Below, piece by piece: positions 9,456 to 19,450 of a stretch of 64,000 bases of DNA. Both the position numbers and the translations under genes were made by a program. Positions within the stretch are counted from its first letter, which is position 1. Every line of letters begins with the position of its first letter. Source of the DNA: an uncultured Nitrospinota bacterium (lineage in GTDB: Bacteria > Nitrospinota > Nitrospinia > Nitrospinales > JAJDAT01); assembly GCA_964344185.1 (NCBI GenBank), contig CAYFMN010000005.1:65516-129515 (forward strand), written 5' to 3'. Below the pieces are notes generated by a model. It searched no databases. It saw only the letters and a program-made list of their open reading frames with translations, and was not told the DNA's origin.

Positions 9456-10457
9456 CTAAACTTCGACTGGAGCTCCGCCAAGTTTTAAAGATTTATCCGC
9501 CGCTTCAAGAGTTTTAACAACTCGCAGACCGGTGGTCGCGTCATTGATCGGCTTTGTTCCATTTTCAATAGAATCCAAAAATTCAGCAACTTCCACCCCT
9601 AAAGCTTCTTTTTGAGGTATTACAGGAACATACATATCGCCAATACGATACTCTGCGATCATATCTAAACCTTCGTCATGGCTTTTCATCTCTACGCCCT
9701 TGTTATAAATCTTAATGGCTTCTTCTTTTTCCAGGTCGTTCCACACTAACATCTGTTTGCTACCGCCTAAAATCGTTTTACGAACTTTGACCGGCGATAG
9801 CCAGTTAACGTGAGCATGTGCCAAAAGATTATCGCCATAATCTAAGGTCAAAAACGCCACATCTACCATTTTATTGTAATGAGAACTACCGGTTGCGCTA
9901 ACTGTCTTGGGGGAAGATCCAATTAGGTAATTCATTATAGAAAGATCGTGAGTTGCAAGATCCCAAAGAACATTAACGTCATGCTGGAATAACCCTAAGT
10001 TAATACGAACGGAATCAAAGTAAAGCAAGTCGCCAAAATCTTCATGGTCAATATATTTTTTGATCATCCTAACCGGATTGGTGAATAAAAAGGTATGATC
10101 AACAATGGCGACAAGTCCAGATTTGTCCGCCAATTCAACAATTTCTTCGGCTTGCTTGGCATTGGAGGCAATGGGTTTTTCAATCCAAACGTGCTTCCCA
10201 TTTTTCAAAGCGTTTATTGCAAATTCATAATGAGTATGGACAGGGGTAGAAATAACCACAATGTCAATATCTTTACCTTCGGTGACCGCTTTGGCGTCGT
10301 CTGTTATCTCTGTATGGGGGTGGAAACGTTGCGCTTCCTTTCGACGTTTTTCTCTTAAATCCGCAATCCGTAATAACTTAACTTTCTGGTTTGCTTGAAA
10401 ATTCCTGGCCAAGTTTGGCCCCCAATATCCATATCCTATTAAACCAACACGAAACAT
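9456..10457 (-). CDS. Gfo/Idh/MocA family NAD-dependent sugar oxidoreductase, WbpB-like
   Basis: 333 aa with N-terminal Rossmann segment VGLIGYGYWGPNLARN and the EKP motif (VWIEKPIA). Confidence 0.8.
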   Translation of the reverse strand: MFRVGLIGYGYWGPNLARNFQANQKVKLLRIADLREKRRKEAQRFHPHTEITDDAKAVTEGKDIDIVVISTPVHTHYEFAINALKNGKHVWIEKPIASNAKQAEEIVELADKSGLVAIVDHTFLFTNPVRMIKKYIDHEDFGDLLYFDSVRINLGLFQHDVNVLWDLATHDLSIMNYLIGSSPKTVSATGSSHYNKMVDVAFLTLDYGDNLLAHAHVNWLSPVKVRKTILGGSKQMLVWNDLEKEEAIKIYNKGVEMKSHDEGLDMIAEYRIGDMYVPVIPQKEALGVEVAEFLDSIENGTKPINDATTGLRVVKTLEAADKSLKLGGAPVEV

Positions 10458-10735
10458 AAAATCTCCATGATAACCAATCTGGTGAAACTGGTTATCTCCT
10501 ATAAGAGCCTATTAAATAATAAGTTTTTTCAGGGATTTAACTTCGGAACCTGAGGACAAATTTCTATTTATGAAAATGCTAATATCTACCGAAGTTTCCA
10601 AAGAGTATAAGCGATTGGACCGTTACTTAAAATACTTCCAAAATTGAAATTATCAAAAAAAACCAACTTTTTCAAGGAAGAGGAAAAAACGAAGCACGAT
10701 TATAAAGCTCAACTTAAATATTGAAAATAAAACTC

Positions 10736-11881
10736 TTAAGCGTTTTTGCTATAAAACTCTTTAATTGAATCGGCGACGTATTTTATCTGCTCAGTTTGCA
10801 ATTCCGGAAACATGGGCAGCGATAATATTTCTGCGCAAAATTTTTCGGCTTTTGGAAAATCTCCTTTTTTATAACCCAAATTGGAATAAGCCTGTTGAAA
10901 ATGCAAAGGAGTAGGATAATGCAGCCCACAGCCAACATCGCGTTCTTTTAAAAACTGTTGTAGTTGATCACGGTCCTTAGCGCGGATAACATAGAGATGA
11001 TATACATGGCAACCATTGTTCGCTTCTGTAGGCGTTTCAATTTCCGCGATATCCCGCAAAGCTTCACCGTACAGCCGGGCGTTTTCTCTCCTTTTATCGG
11101 TACAATCCTGTAAGTATTTTAATTTAATCTTCAGAATCGTCGCTTGTATTCCGCTGATCCGATAATTATGGCCGGGAAATTCATGCTGATATTTTGCGCT
11201 CGATCCGTGATCGGCAATTTTCCTCATTTTTGCCGCTATGGTATCGTCGTTAGTAATCACGGCCCCAGCATCGCCAAAGGCCCCCAGGTTTTTAGCGGGA
11301 TAAAACGAAAAAGCGCCCGCAGCGCCCGTTGTGCCAACGTATTTTTTAGTCGCTCCGCCATCCGAGGACAAATAAGAAAGATGCGCTTGGCAAGAGTCTT
11401 CCACAACGCTCACGCCAAATTCATCGGCAATGGATTTAATAATATCAATTTCGCATGGTTTTCCATATAAATGAACGGGAATAACCGCTTTAACCTTGCC
11501 TGTTTCGCTTCTCTTTTCGAGTTCTTGCCGCAACAAACCGGTATCTAAATTATAGGAATCATCGTGATCAATAAAAACTGGAGTGGCTCCGGTTAAAGAA
11601 ACCGCTTCAGCCGTAGCAATGAAAGTGTTCACCGGAACGATAACTTCGTCGCTTGGTCCCACATCTAGAGCCCATAAGGCCGCATGAAGAGCGGCAGTTC
11701 CTGAATTAACCCCAACGCAGTGTTTTGCATTATGAAGTTTAGCGAACTCAGACTCAAAATCGGCTACCGCAGGACCTCCAACAAACCATCCGGTCGCAAT
11801 AAATTCCAAAATAGCGGAATCAATTTCACTCTTAAGGGAAACGTATTGTTTTTTCAAATCAACGAAGGGAACTTGCATCAT
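10736..11881 (-). CDS. DegT/DnrJ/EryC1/StrS family sugar aminotransferase, WbpE-like
   Basis: 381 aa. Has PFVDLK...E...A......G.FV.GP.V..FE and the PLP-lysine context FSFYPAKNLGAFGDAGAV. Confidence 0.85.
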   Translation of the reverse strand: MMQVPFVDLKKQYVSLKSEIDSAILEFIATGWFVGGPAVADFESEFAKLHNAKHCVGVNSGTAALHAALWALDVGPSDEVIVPVNTFIATAEAVSLTGATPVFIDHDDSYNLDTGLLRQELEKRSETGKVKAVIPVHLYGKPCEIDIIKSIADEFGVSVVEDSCQAHLSYLSSDGGATKKYVGTTGAAGAFSFYPAKNLGAFGDAGAVITNDDTIAAKMRKIADHGSSAKYQHEFPGHNYRISGIQATILKIKLKYLQDCTDKRRENARLYGEALRDIAEIETPTEANNGCHVYHLYVIRAKDRDQLQQFLKERDVGCGLHYPTPLHFQQAYSNLGYKKGDFPKAEKFCAEILSLPMFPELQTEQIKYVADSIKEFYSKNA

Positions 11882-12511
11882 ACTCCTCGGTTTTCAGGTG
11901 CGCAGTTTTAGCGTCATTTTTGTAAGCAATAGACACAAAAACTTAGACTTAATGCGTATTTGGATTTTTTAGATAATGAACTCGCTCTGGTTAGAGCCAA
12001 GAAGAAACTATCGTCGAAAGAATTATCTCGACGAATAGGCTTTTGCTAATACTACACTGGATTTTATATTTGGCCAATACCTTTGAAATCTAAATAATTT
12101 TAGTCTAGTTTTTTTACCCAAATAACAAACCTGTTCATTTTATAATAAGGCCAATTACAACTCTTTACGAGAACCCTACCACTTATCAAAAAAATTAATT
12201 AATCTTTATAAACCAATTAGTTACTGAGGTTCTTAAATTGTTCTTCGTAAGGGTTTTCCGAAAACTTGCATTGAAAATAAAATAAAGAAAACTTATAATT
12301 TAACGATAAGTTTAATAAACTTAAGAAGTTTACTAAAGATTTGAATCAAAAAAAATCTAGCTCCAAAAGTTAAAAATAAGGGATAATAAACAAGTAAACT
12401 CATTAATTAATAGGGAGTTTTCTTAATATTCCCTTTTAAATAGCATATCCTGCCATGAAAATTGGACTTAAAATTGAATTAGTCCATAACGCCATACGAA
12501 AGGTAAATTGA

Positions 12512-14038
12512 ATGCCTACTCAAAATCGACCAAAATTACTCGGAATTGCTGGTAGTTTGCGAAACGCAAGATGGGGTATGGGAAACAAAGAATTGGTTGA
12601 ATCTATTAAGCAAATAAAAAGTGAAGAACAACTTTATGCCTTCTTGGCCGAAGAATCGGAATTACACCTCAATAATTTTATTGAAGCCGGTCGAAAAGAA
12701 GGTAAACCTTTCTTGGAAATTTATAAAAACTTAAAAAGCCAAAAAGGTAACAAAGGCTTAAGCAACTCCGAGGTGGCTTTGGCGGCTGCTTTATGGGCGG
12801 CCCACACAAAAAATGTGGATATCGATCATATTTCGCTTTCTGAATATTTCACAGCGACGGGTCGTTCCCGAAAAATCGGCGAATTAAAGGAAATGATTTT
12901 GGCCGCAGACGGATTATTAATATCAGGTCCTGTTTATTTTGGCGATAGAGGAAGTCTGGTGCATGATCTGATCGAAATGATCCGCCACGACCCAGAAATG
13001 CACGAACAAGTTAAAGGAAAACTTTACGGCGGCATCGCAGTAGGCGCCAAACGTAACGGCGGACAGGAGACAACCTTGATTTACCAAATGTTAGATATGG
13101 TAGCTCTGGGATTCGAAGCCGTTGGTAATGATAGCGATACTACCTCGCAGTATGGAGGAACGGGTCTCGCTGGCGATGTTGGTTCCATGCACAAAGACCA
13201 ATACGGTTTAAACACCTCAATGGGAACTGGACGCCGGATGGGAAACCTTCTTAGAAGACGTAGTTATAACAGAGAAATCAATGGACCTGTGAACGTTGCG
13301 TTTTTAATTCTCCAAGAATCTGAAAATATCGCCAAGCGCGGAATAGAAGATCTCTTAAAACATTGTGATGGTAAAATCGCCCCGACAATTGTAGATATTT
13401 CCACTAAAAACATTATTCGCTGTCTTGCATGCGACATCTGCCCAACGGATATTGATATCGACGAAGTTTATCGGTGCATTATCACTTCTGAGCAAGACGA
13501 TTTCGAAGCCCTACATCCAAGTCTTCTCGACTACGACGCTATCATTCCCGTAGCGGTGTCGGTGCATAACACTGATAAAGTAACTAGCAACTACCAAACT
13601 TTCGTCGAGCGCACCCGATACTTACGACGAGGAGACTACGTATTTTCAGATATGTTAACCGCTCCTTTAACGTTTGAAGAAATTGGCGTAAGAGAACATT
13701 ATTCTATTAGAATGCTGACATCAATGATCCGTCACCATACAGTAATGACCAAACCTATGATTGGTCACTTACACAATGGTGAATTATTAAACAAGGAACA
13801 ATTTTTCGCAGAGTTTAATGATTTTGTAAGCTCGGCGCATAGACTGACTTCCGCGCGACTGGCAGAAATCGACGCAGAAGAAACCGTCAAATATAATCCT
13901 GTCGGCTATGTTCTCAGCGCAGATAAAGATAAAGAAGACGAACGACTTCAAAAAAGAAAATCGATGACGGAAGACCGCAAAGCCAAGATGATCAAACAAG
14001 CCAAAGAACGTCTGAAACCAAATGAGGCTTTAGTTTGA
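12512..14038 (+). CDS. tandem flavodoxin-fold (NADPH-dependent FMN reductase-like) protein with CxxCxxC motif and Lys/Glu-rich tail
   Basis: 508 aa. The first half has LLGIAGSLRN...LLISGPVYFGDRGSLVHDLIEMI. The second half has NVAFLIL...CLACDICP...DDFEAL...YDAIIPVAV. The stop overlaps the TTG start of the next gene. Confidence 0.6.
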   Translation: MPTQNRPKLLGIAGSLRNARWGMGNKELVESIKQIKSEEQLYAFLAEESELHLNNFIEAGRKEGKPFLEIYKNLKSQKGNKGLSNSEVALAAALWAAHTKNVDIDHISLSEYFTATGRSRKIGELKEMILAADGLLISGPVYFGDRGSLVHDLIEMIRHDPEMHEQVKGKLYGGIAVGAKRNGGQETTLIYQMLDMVALGFEAVGNDSDTTSQYGGTGLAGDVGSMHKDQYGLNTSMGTGRRMGNLLRRRSYNREINGPVNVAFLILQESENIAKRGIEDLLKHCDGKIAPTIVDISTKNIIRCLACDICPTDIDIDEVYRCIITSEQDDFEALHPSLLDYDAIIPVAVSVHNTDKVTSNYQTFVERTRYLRRGDYVFSDMLTAPLTFEEIGVREHYSIRMLTSMIRHHTVMTKPMIGHLHNGELLNKEQFFAEFNDFVSSAHRLTSARLAEIDAEETVKYNPVGYVLSADKDKEDERLQKRKSMTEDRKAKMIKQAKERLKPNEALV

Positions 14039-15138
14039 ATCAACGCCATAGGCGTATAGTCCGTTTCGAGTTTGGAACACTTGCTTGTCCTCTTCATAAA
14101 CCCTACGAGTTATCGTTTGCCACTCTCTCGAATTTTGATGTGGTATGGGTTTTTATAGAGGACGATGAAGGCAAAATAGGAATTGGCGAAACCGTTCCCC
14201 TGCTAGGTTACGGCCACGAAACATTGGAAGACGTTCTCGGTTGTATCCAAAATTTAAACAAAGACGCCAATTCGCTCACCGCTGAAGAACTAAAAGAAAG
14301 ATGTTTCGCAGTCAGAAACGAATTTCCTTTTTCAGCTTCGGCAGTGATGATGGCTTTAGAGTTTCCAGACTGGGCAACTTCCGCTTCTAAAATTCTTCCA
14401 ACCTCTTTAGTTTATCCTCTGGCCGCAGGCCAACAGAAAGAACTTCTTTCGCAAACCATAGAAGAAGCTCTATCTCTAGGATATAAATATTTTAAAATGA
14501 AGGTCGGTCGAGATATCGACCAAGATTTGAAAAGCGCAGAATTTGCTCTGAACCTTTTTCCGCAAAAAACTTTCCGGATCAGTTTTGACGCTAATCAAGC
14601 TTACAAGCTAGACGACGCCTTGGCTTTGTGCCGGTTTCTAGAAAACAAATCGCGAGCGCATTGTGTGGAACAACCTTTACCGCAACTAGATTGGGATAGC
14701 ATGGCCAATCTTTGCAGACAAACCTCTTTTCCATTAATGTTGGACGAAAGTATTTACAACGAACAAGATATCCGAAAAGCCAAAGAAATAGGATGTTCTG
14801 CCGTTAAATTAAAATTATGCAAACATCCCGGATTGGAAGAAACTCTATCCCTGGCGCAATTAGCAAAGGATTTAGGTCTGGAAGTTGTTATCGGCAACGG
14901 AGTTTCTACAGATATTGGAAATTTAGCGGAAGCTTTGGTAATATCCAAAACGCCTCAACTATTTGGCGAAGGAGCGGAATGCAACGGTTTTTTAAAGATT
15001 AAGCGCCCAATAACCTTCCCTCAGCTCTATTTAGACAACGCTGGTTGTATGGCCTGGAAAAAAGACGACCGGTCTCTTAGCAATCAACTAATTCAATCAA
15101 TTCAAGAATCAATATTCAATTTAGCGGGAAAAAAATGA
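14035..15138 (+). CDS. enolase-superfamily enzyme (MR/MLE subgroup; dipeptide/amino-acid epimerase-like)
   Basis: 367 aa with ordered motifs FKMKVG (KxK), FDANQAY (metal Asp), VEQPL (Glu), LMLDES (Asp) and KLKLCK (Lys). The TTG start at 14035 overlaps the upstream TGA. Confidence 0.8.
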   Translation: MNQRHRRIVRFEFGTLACPLHKPYELSFATLSNFDVVWVFIEDDEGKIGIGETVPLLGYGHETLEDVLGCIQNLNKDANSLTAEELKERCFAVRNEFPFSASAVMMALEFPDWATSASKILPTSLVYPLAAGQQKELLSQTIEEALSLGYKYFKMKVGRDIDQDLKSAEFALNLFPQKTFRISFDANQAYKLDDALALCRFLENKSRAHCVEQPLPQLDWDSMANLCRQTSFPLMLDESIYNEQDIRKAKEIGCSAVKLKLCKHPGLEETLSLAQLAKDLGLEVVIGNGVSTDIGNLAEALVISKTPQLFGEGAECNGFLKIKRPITFPQLYLDNAGCMAWKKDDRSLSNQLIQSIQESIFNLAGKK

Positions 15139-16214
15139 AACGCACCATCTTAGTACAGGGAGCCGGCTCGGGCGGGGGAAACAACGTAATCAATTCTTTA
15201 CGAAGAAGCGGCATGGATACAAGAATTTTAGGATCTAATTGCCTCCATCATTCAGTATTAAAATCTACCGCCGATCAAACATTCCTGCTTCCAGAATCTT
15301 CTCAACCCGATTACCTTTCCGCTCTACAAGATTTGATAGTAAAAGAAAAGATCGACATGGTGGTTCCGCAAAGCGATAGAGAAGTCAACGCTGTATCTCT
15401 TAACAGAGACCAATTAAATTGCCGCGTGTTTTTGCCTGAACATGATGTTGTAGAAACATGCCAGGACAAGCACAGCATGTTTTTGAAATTAAATAAAGCA
15501 AAGGTAAGAACCGCCTCTGCGGTTCCTCTAGAAACTTTGGACGATGTAGACAAAGCGTTTGAAACTCTACCCGATTCACCAAAATATTGGGTTCGGCTGC
15601 GAAGAGGATCGGGCAGTAAAGGCGCTACATGGGTAAAAACTCCACAACAAGCCAAAGCATGGATCGAACTTTGGGTAGATTTAAGAGAGCAAAAAGTTTC
15701 TGATTTTCATATTCTACCGTTTCTCCCCGGGCGAGATTACGCTTTTCAAAGTGTTTGGAAAAACGGCGAATTGGTCGTCGCTAAAATGTGCGAACGATTA
15801 CAATATTTTATGGGTTCTTTGCGTTTAAGCGGTATGTCAAGCACCCCAGAAATCGCCCGAACATTAAGAGACGATAAAGCTTTGGAAACTATATTTAAAG
15901 CTATAAACACCGTCGCCGACAAACCCAACGGGAATTTTAATTTGGATCTCAAAGCCGATGCAGACGGCGAAATGAACGTAACAGAATTTAACGTGGGTCG
16001 TTTCTGTATGATCACGCCAATTTTCGATAGAACCGGCGTCGCCAATACCGTCGAAGCTCACGTGCGCTGCGCTTTTGACGAAAACTTTAAAATTAAAGAA
16101 CCTATCGACATTGTGGAAGATTACTATTTAATTCGGGAATTGGATACAGAACCTTTGGTAATTCATAAAAGCGAATGGGACAAACTAACAGAAACTTCGC
16201 AAAGATCTCTTTAA
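15135..16214 (+). CDS. ATP-grasp family ligase
   Basis: 359 aa with ATGA start/stop overlap to the epimerase gene. The N-terminal pre-ATP-grasp segment (ILVQGAGSGGGNNVINSLRR) and overall length and layout resemble carboxylate-amine ligases. The family call is by resemblance only. Confidence 0.6.
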   Translation: MKRTILVQGAGSGGGNNVINSLRRSGMDTRILGSNCLHHSVLKSTADQTFLLPESSQPDYLSALQDLIVKEKIDMVVPQSDREVNAVSLNRDQLNCRVFLPEHDVVETCQDKHSMFLKLNKAKVRTASAVPLETLDDVDKAFETLPDSPKYWVRLRRGSGSKGATWVKTPQQAKAWIELWVDLREQKVSDFHILPFLPGRDYAFQSVWKNGELVVAKMCERLQYFMGSLRLSGMSSTPEIARTLRDDKALETIFKAINTVADKPNGNFNLDLKADADGEMNVTEFNVGRFCMITPIFDRTGVANTVEAHVRCAFDENFKIKEPIDIVEDYYLIRELDTEPLVIHKSEWDKLTETSQRSL

Positions 16215-16298
16215 TTTAACTTAAAAATTTCCCCGCCAAATTAAGGTTGACGCTTCCGTTGACAAAAATCTCCTTAATAAATTCACCTAACTTTTATT

Positions 16299-17951
16299 AT
16301 GGCTAAGATTATGGCAAGTCTTAAGTCCAATAACCAACACAGCGTTTGGTTTATTTTGCTTGCGATTTCTCTAGTCGTTATAAAACGTCTTCTCATATCT
16401 CAATATGGAATCAACCGAGAAGCCGGAATTGAATTAGAAGCTGTTTTTTCGGTATTGGACGGTCGCTTAATATACCGAGACTTTTATTGGTATCACGGAT
16501 TCTTTCCCATATATTGGCATGCGTTGATGTTCAAAATTTTTTCGCCGGAAATTTATTATCTCCGGCTTTTCGTCACCGTATTTTCCGGAATCGCTTCCTT
16601 TTTTGCCTACCGGGTTGCGGCGTATTTTCTAAGTCCCGGCTATGCCGTTGCCGCCGTTATTTTAAGTTTTTCAGGATTGTTGATGCCGGAACATGTAACT
16701 GGCGAAATGGTAGCGTTTTGTTGTCTCATTGCTTCTCTTTACTATTTAATCGATTATTGTAAAACGTCGCGCTCGCAATCCTTGTTCTTCGCCGGACTGG
16801 CAGGAGGTTTCTGTACGCTATCGCAAGTTCTGCCATTGGGTGTTGGAGCGTTGTTGGCAGGTTTTTGTTCCATTACTTTTTACGGTATTTTTGGAGGCAG
16901 GGGGTTCGTAAAAAACAGCAAAGCTTTTCTGATAGGTTATTTACCAATTCCACTATTAGCCTACGGAATCTTAGCGATAATAATGCCGGCAAAAAAAATG
17001 CTTTTTAACATTTTTCCGATTTTTGCGGGCTACGCTCCTTTATCCACAAAACTCACGAAATACGGGTTTCCATCGTTACTGCCTAATATCGGTTTCGACC
17101 AAACTCTTACACAATTAGTCGCTCATCTAAATCAATACGTCGTTCTAAACATTCGCTACTGGCTTATAGTCTTTGTTACGCTGTGGGGAATAATTTATTT
17201 TTTTTTAAAATATCGGAAAAAAGAATCCAAGCAAGATTCTCTTCTGGTCTTAGGAACTTTGGTTATTTTCAGTCCCTTATTTGAAGCCAAATTTTTGTTG
17301 CAGTTAGGTCGTATGGGATTGACTCCCAATTACATAAATATGCTGCCGACTTATGTTTTATTCTTTTACTTATTAAAAGAAAGTAAGATACTAAGTCGCG
17401 TTAGACCTTTTTTGGCGATAGGATTAGTATCCGTTTATTTTTTATATCCACTCGGAAATTATTTTCAATATTTTTCAAAGAACGCGGTACCGCTGAACTT
17501 ACCATATACTCGGTGGATTTCGGTAACGCCCTATAAAAAAGATCTATATGTTAAGACAACGAACTTTATTAAATCTAACACCAAACCCACGGATCAAATT
17601 ATTTTTACAGGAATCAATCGATATTTCTCAATTTTTTCGGGCCGGAACGATGTGTTTCGCGATAATATTTTAATGTTCACACGCGCTCCATTTTATCCGC
17701 CAATCGCGGCGCATACGCCAAACGCCCGTTCGCCAGAATTTGAAATGGATCTAGAAAACAAAATGAAAACAGAAAGTCCCAAACTTATTTTATTTCCGGA
17801 AAAATTTCGCAAGTTGGCGAAGTCGGAAAATTCCCATTTTATTTCTACATTAGACAATGATTGGCGTGTACTGGCTCATTATGGCGACGAATCCCTAAAA
17901 AATTTCTATGAATACGAGTCTCCCATTTTGATATACGGGAGAAAAGGTTAA
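16299..17951 (+). CDS. GT-C fold polytopic membrane glycosyltransferase (GT39 / ArnT / PMT_2-like)
   Basis: 550 aa with at least 10 hydrophobic spans in the first 400 aa followed by a soluble C-terminal domain. The N-terminal pattern (...YWYHGFFPIYW...IFSPEIYYLRLFVTVFSGIASFFAYRVA) resembles the ArnT/PMT_2 family. Confidence 0.55.
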   Translation: MAKIMASLKSNNQHSVWFILLAISLVVIKRLLISQYGINREAGIELEAVFSVLDGRLIYRDFYWYHGFFPIYWHALMFKIFSPEIYYLRLFVTVFSGIASFFAYRVAAYFLSPGYAVAAVILSFSGLLMPEHVTGEMVAFCCLIASLYYLIDYCKTSRSQSLFFAGLAGGFCTLSQVLPLGVGALLAGFCSITFYGIFGGRGFVKNSKAFLIGYLPIPLLAYGILAIIMPAKKMLFNIFPIFAGYAPLSTKLTKYGFPSLLPNIGFDQTLTQLVAHLNQYVVLNIRYWLIVFVTLWGIIYFFLKYRKKESKQDSLLVLGTLVIFSPLFEAKFLLQLGRMGLTPNYINMLPTYVLFFYLLKESKILSRVRPFLAIGLVSVYFLYPLGNYFQYFSKNAVPLNLPYTRWISVTPYKKDLYVKTTNFIKSNTKPTDQIIFTGINRYFSIFSGRNDVFRDNILMFTRAPFYPPIAAHTPNARSPEFEMDLENKMKTESPKLILFPEKFRKLAKSENSHFISTLDNDWRVLAHYGDESLKNFYEYESPILIYGRKG

Positions 17952-17955
17952 ACGC

Positions 17956-18903
17956 ATGGATAAAAGTATAGACCTTTCAATAATCACTTCCTGTTATCGA
18001 GAAAAAGATAATTTACAAAATCTGTGGGAACAATTGCATCCAGTTATAGATAGTCTGGATATTGAATGGGAATGGATTCTTATAGACGACGGTTCGCCCG
18101 ATGAAACTTGGGAAGAAATAAAAACACTTTCCAATCAAGTCGAAAAAATAAAAGGAATACGCTTAACCTCAAACAGAGGTTCTCATATAGCCTTGTCTGC
18201 CGGAATAGAACACGCGCAAGGAAATTGGATCACTAAAATACCCGCCGACGCGCAAGACCCGCCGGAACTCATCGTGGACGAATGGAATAACAAAGACGAC
18301 GTTGATATTGTTTGGGGAGTTAGAAAACAACATCCAGGTAAAGGATTGGAAGCGCTTTTCTCCGATCTTTATCACAAAATGTTCCGAAGAGTTGTCATGC
18401 CGCATTTTCCAAAGGAAGTGGTCGACGGATTTCTTATCAGTCGTCGAACTGCACAATGGATGCTGCAAAGCCCACGATATAATGCTTCCATTTTTGGGAG
18501 GTTGTTAGAACTCGATCTTCCAAGTCGAAAAGTTTATTTCGAAAAAAGAAAACGTAAAAAAGGCGTTTCGGGATGGACACTAGAGAAAAAAATCAAATTG
18601 GTATTGGATTCTTTAGTTTCTTTCTCTTGCCGGCCTTTAAGGTTAATATGCGTGATTGGTTTATTTTTAATGTTATGCGGAATCGTCTCAACCATCGCTA
18701 CAGGAATATTTGGCGACAACTCGCAAATCAGCTTTTGGAAAATGATTTTAACTTTAGTCCCTTTATTAGGCGGACTACAAATGTTTCTAACCGGATTCCT
18801 TGGCGAGTACGTTTGGCGGGTATTCAACACAGCCCAAGGCGGCTCAGCTTATTACATAAGAGAGTGCGTGGGTAAAGTAGAAAAACAAAACTACGATGAA
18901 TAA
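17956..18903 (+). CDS. GT2 polyprenyl-phosphate glycosyltransferase (ArnC / DPM1-like) with C-terminal TM helices
   Basis: 315 aa with LSIITSCYREKDNL, ILIDDGSPDET (DxD region) and two C-terminal hydrophobic helices. Confidence 0.8.
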   Translation: MDKSIDLSIITSCYREKDNLQNLWEQLHPVIDSLDIEWEWILIDDGSPDETWEEIKTLSNQVEKIKGIRLTSNRGSHIALSAGIEHAQGNWITKIPADAQDPPELIVDEWNNKDDVDIVWGVRKQHPGKGLEALFSDLYHKMFRRVVMPHFPKEVVDGFLISRRTAQWMLQSPRYNASIFGRLLELDLPSRKVYFEKRKRKKGVSGWTLEKKIKLVLDSLVSFSCRPLRLICVIGLFLMLCGIVSTIATGIFGDNSQISFWKMILTLVPLLGGLQMFLTGFLGEYVWRVFNTAQGGSAYYIRECVGKVEKQNYDE

Positions 18904-19193
18904 GAATACATAAGCTAATCTAACAAATTAACTCAAACTGAAGATAATGAAAGCAGCTAGACTTGAAATATTTTTCAAGGTCTCTAGCAATCTTTTCTGT
19001 CTCGACAACCACATAAGGTCTAGGCTTAAGAGGCAGTAATGGTTTCGTGGAAATTATTTCCCCTTTACCGTGAAACCGTTTAAGCCCGTAAATATTGCAA
19101 TTGGCTAGTTCCAGTACTAAATATTACCAAGCGATCTCTCTAGGATTAATATATTAAGCCAAAGCTGCAGCCCGAAGCGACGAAGAACGTAGG

Positions 19194-19284
<91 letters not shown>

Positions 19285-19349
19285 AATGTGGTATCTCTTT
19301 TAGGAAGGATAAAGATCTCTCGTTCTTTCCCGTTGCTTTCACCCTGCAA

Positions 19350-19436
19350 CGGAGAGAGAGGGATTCGAACCCTCGGTACCCGAATGGGTACAATAGATTT
19401 CGAGTCTATCGCCTTCGACCTCTCGGCCATCTCTCC
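19350..19436 (-). tRNA. tRNA-Ser(CGA), class II, no encoded CCA
   Basis: Reverse complement is GGAGAGATGGCCGAGAGGTCGAAGGCGATAGACTCGAAATCTATTGTACCCATTCGGGTACCGAGGGTTCGAATCCCTCTCTCTCCG. Anticodon loop is CTCGAAA. Confidence 0.9.
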
Positions 19437-19450
19437 AACGAACGAATGAG

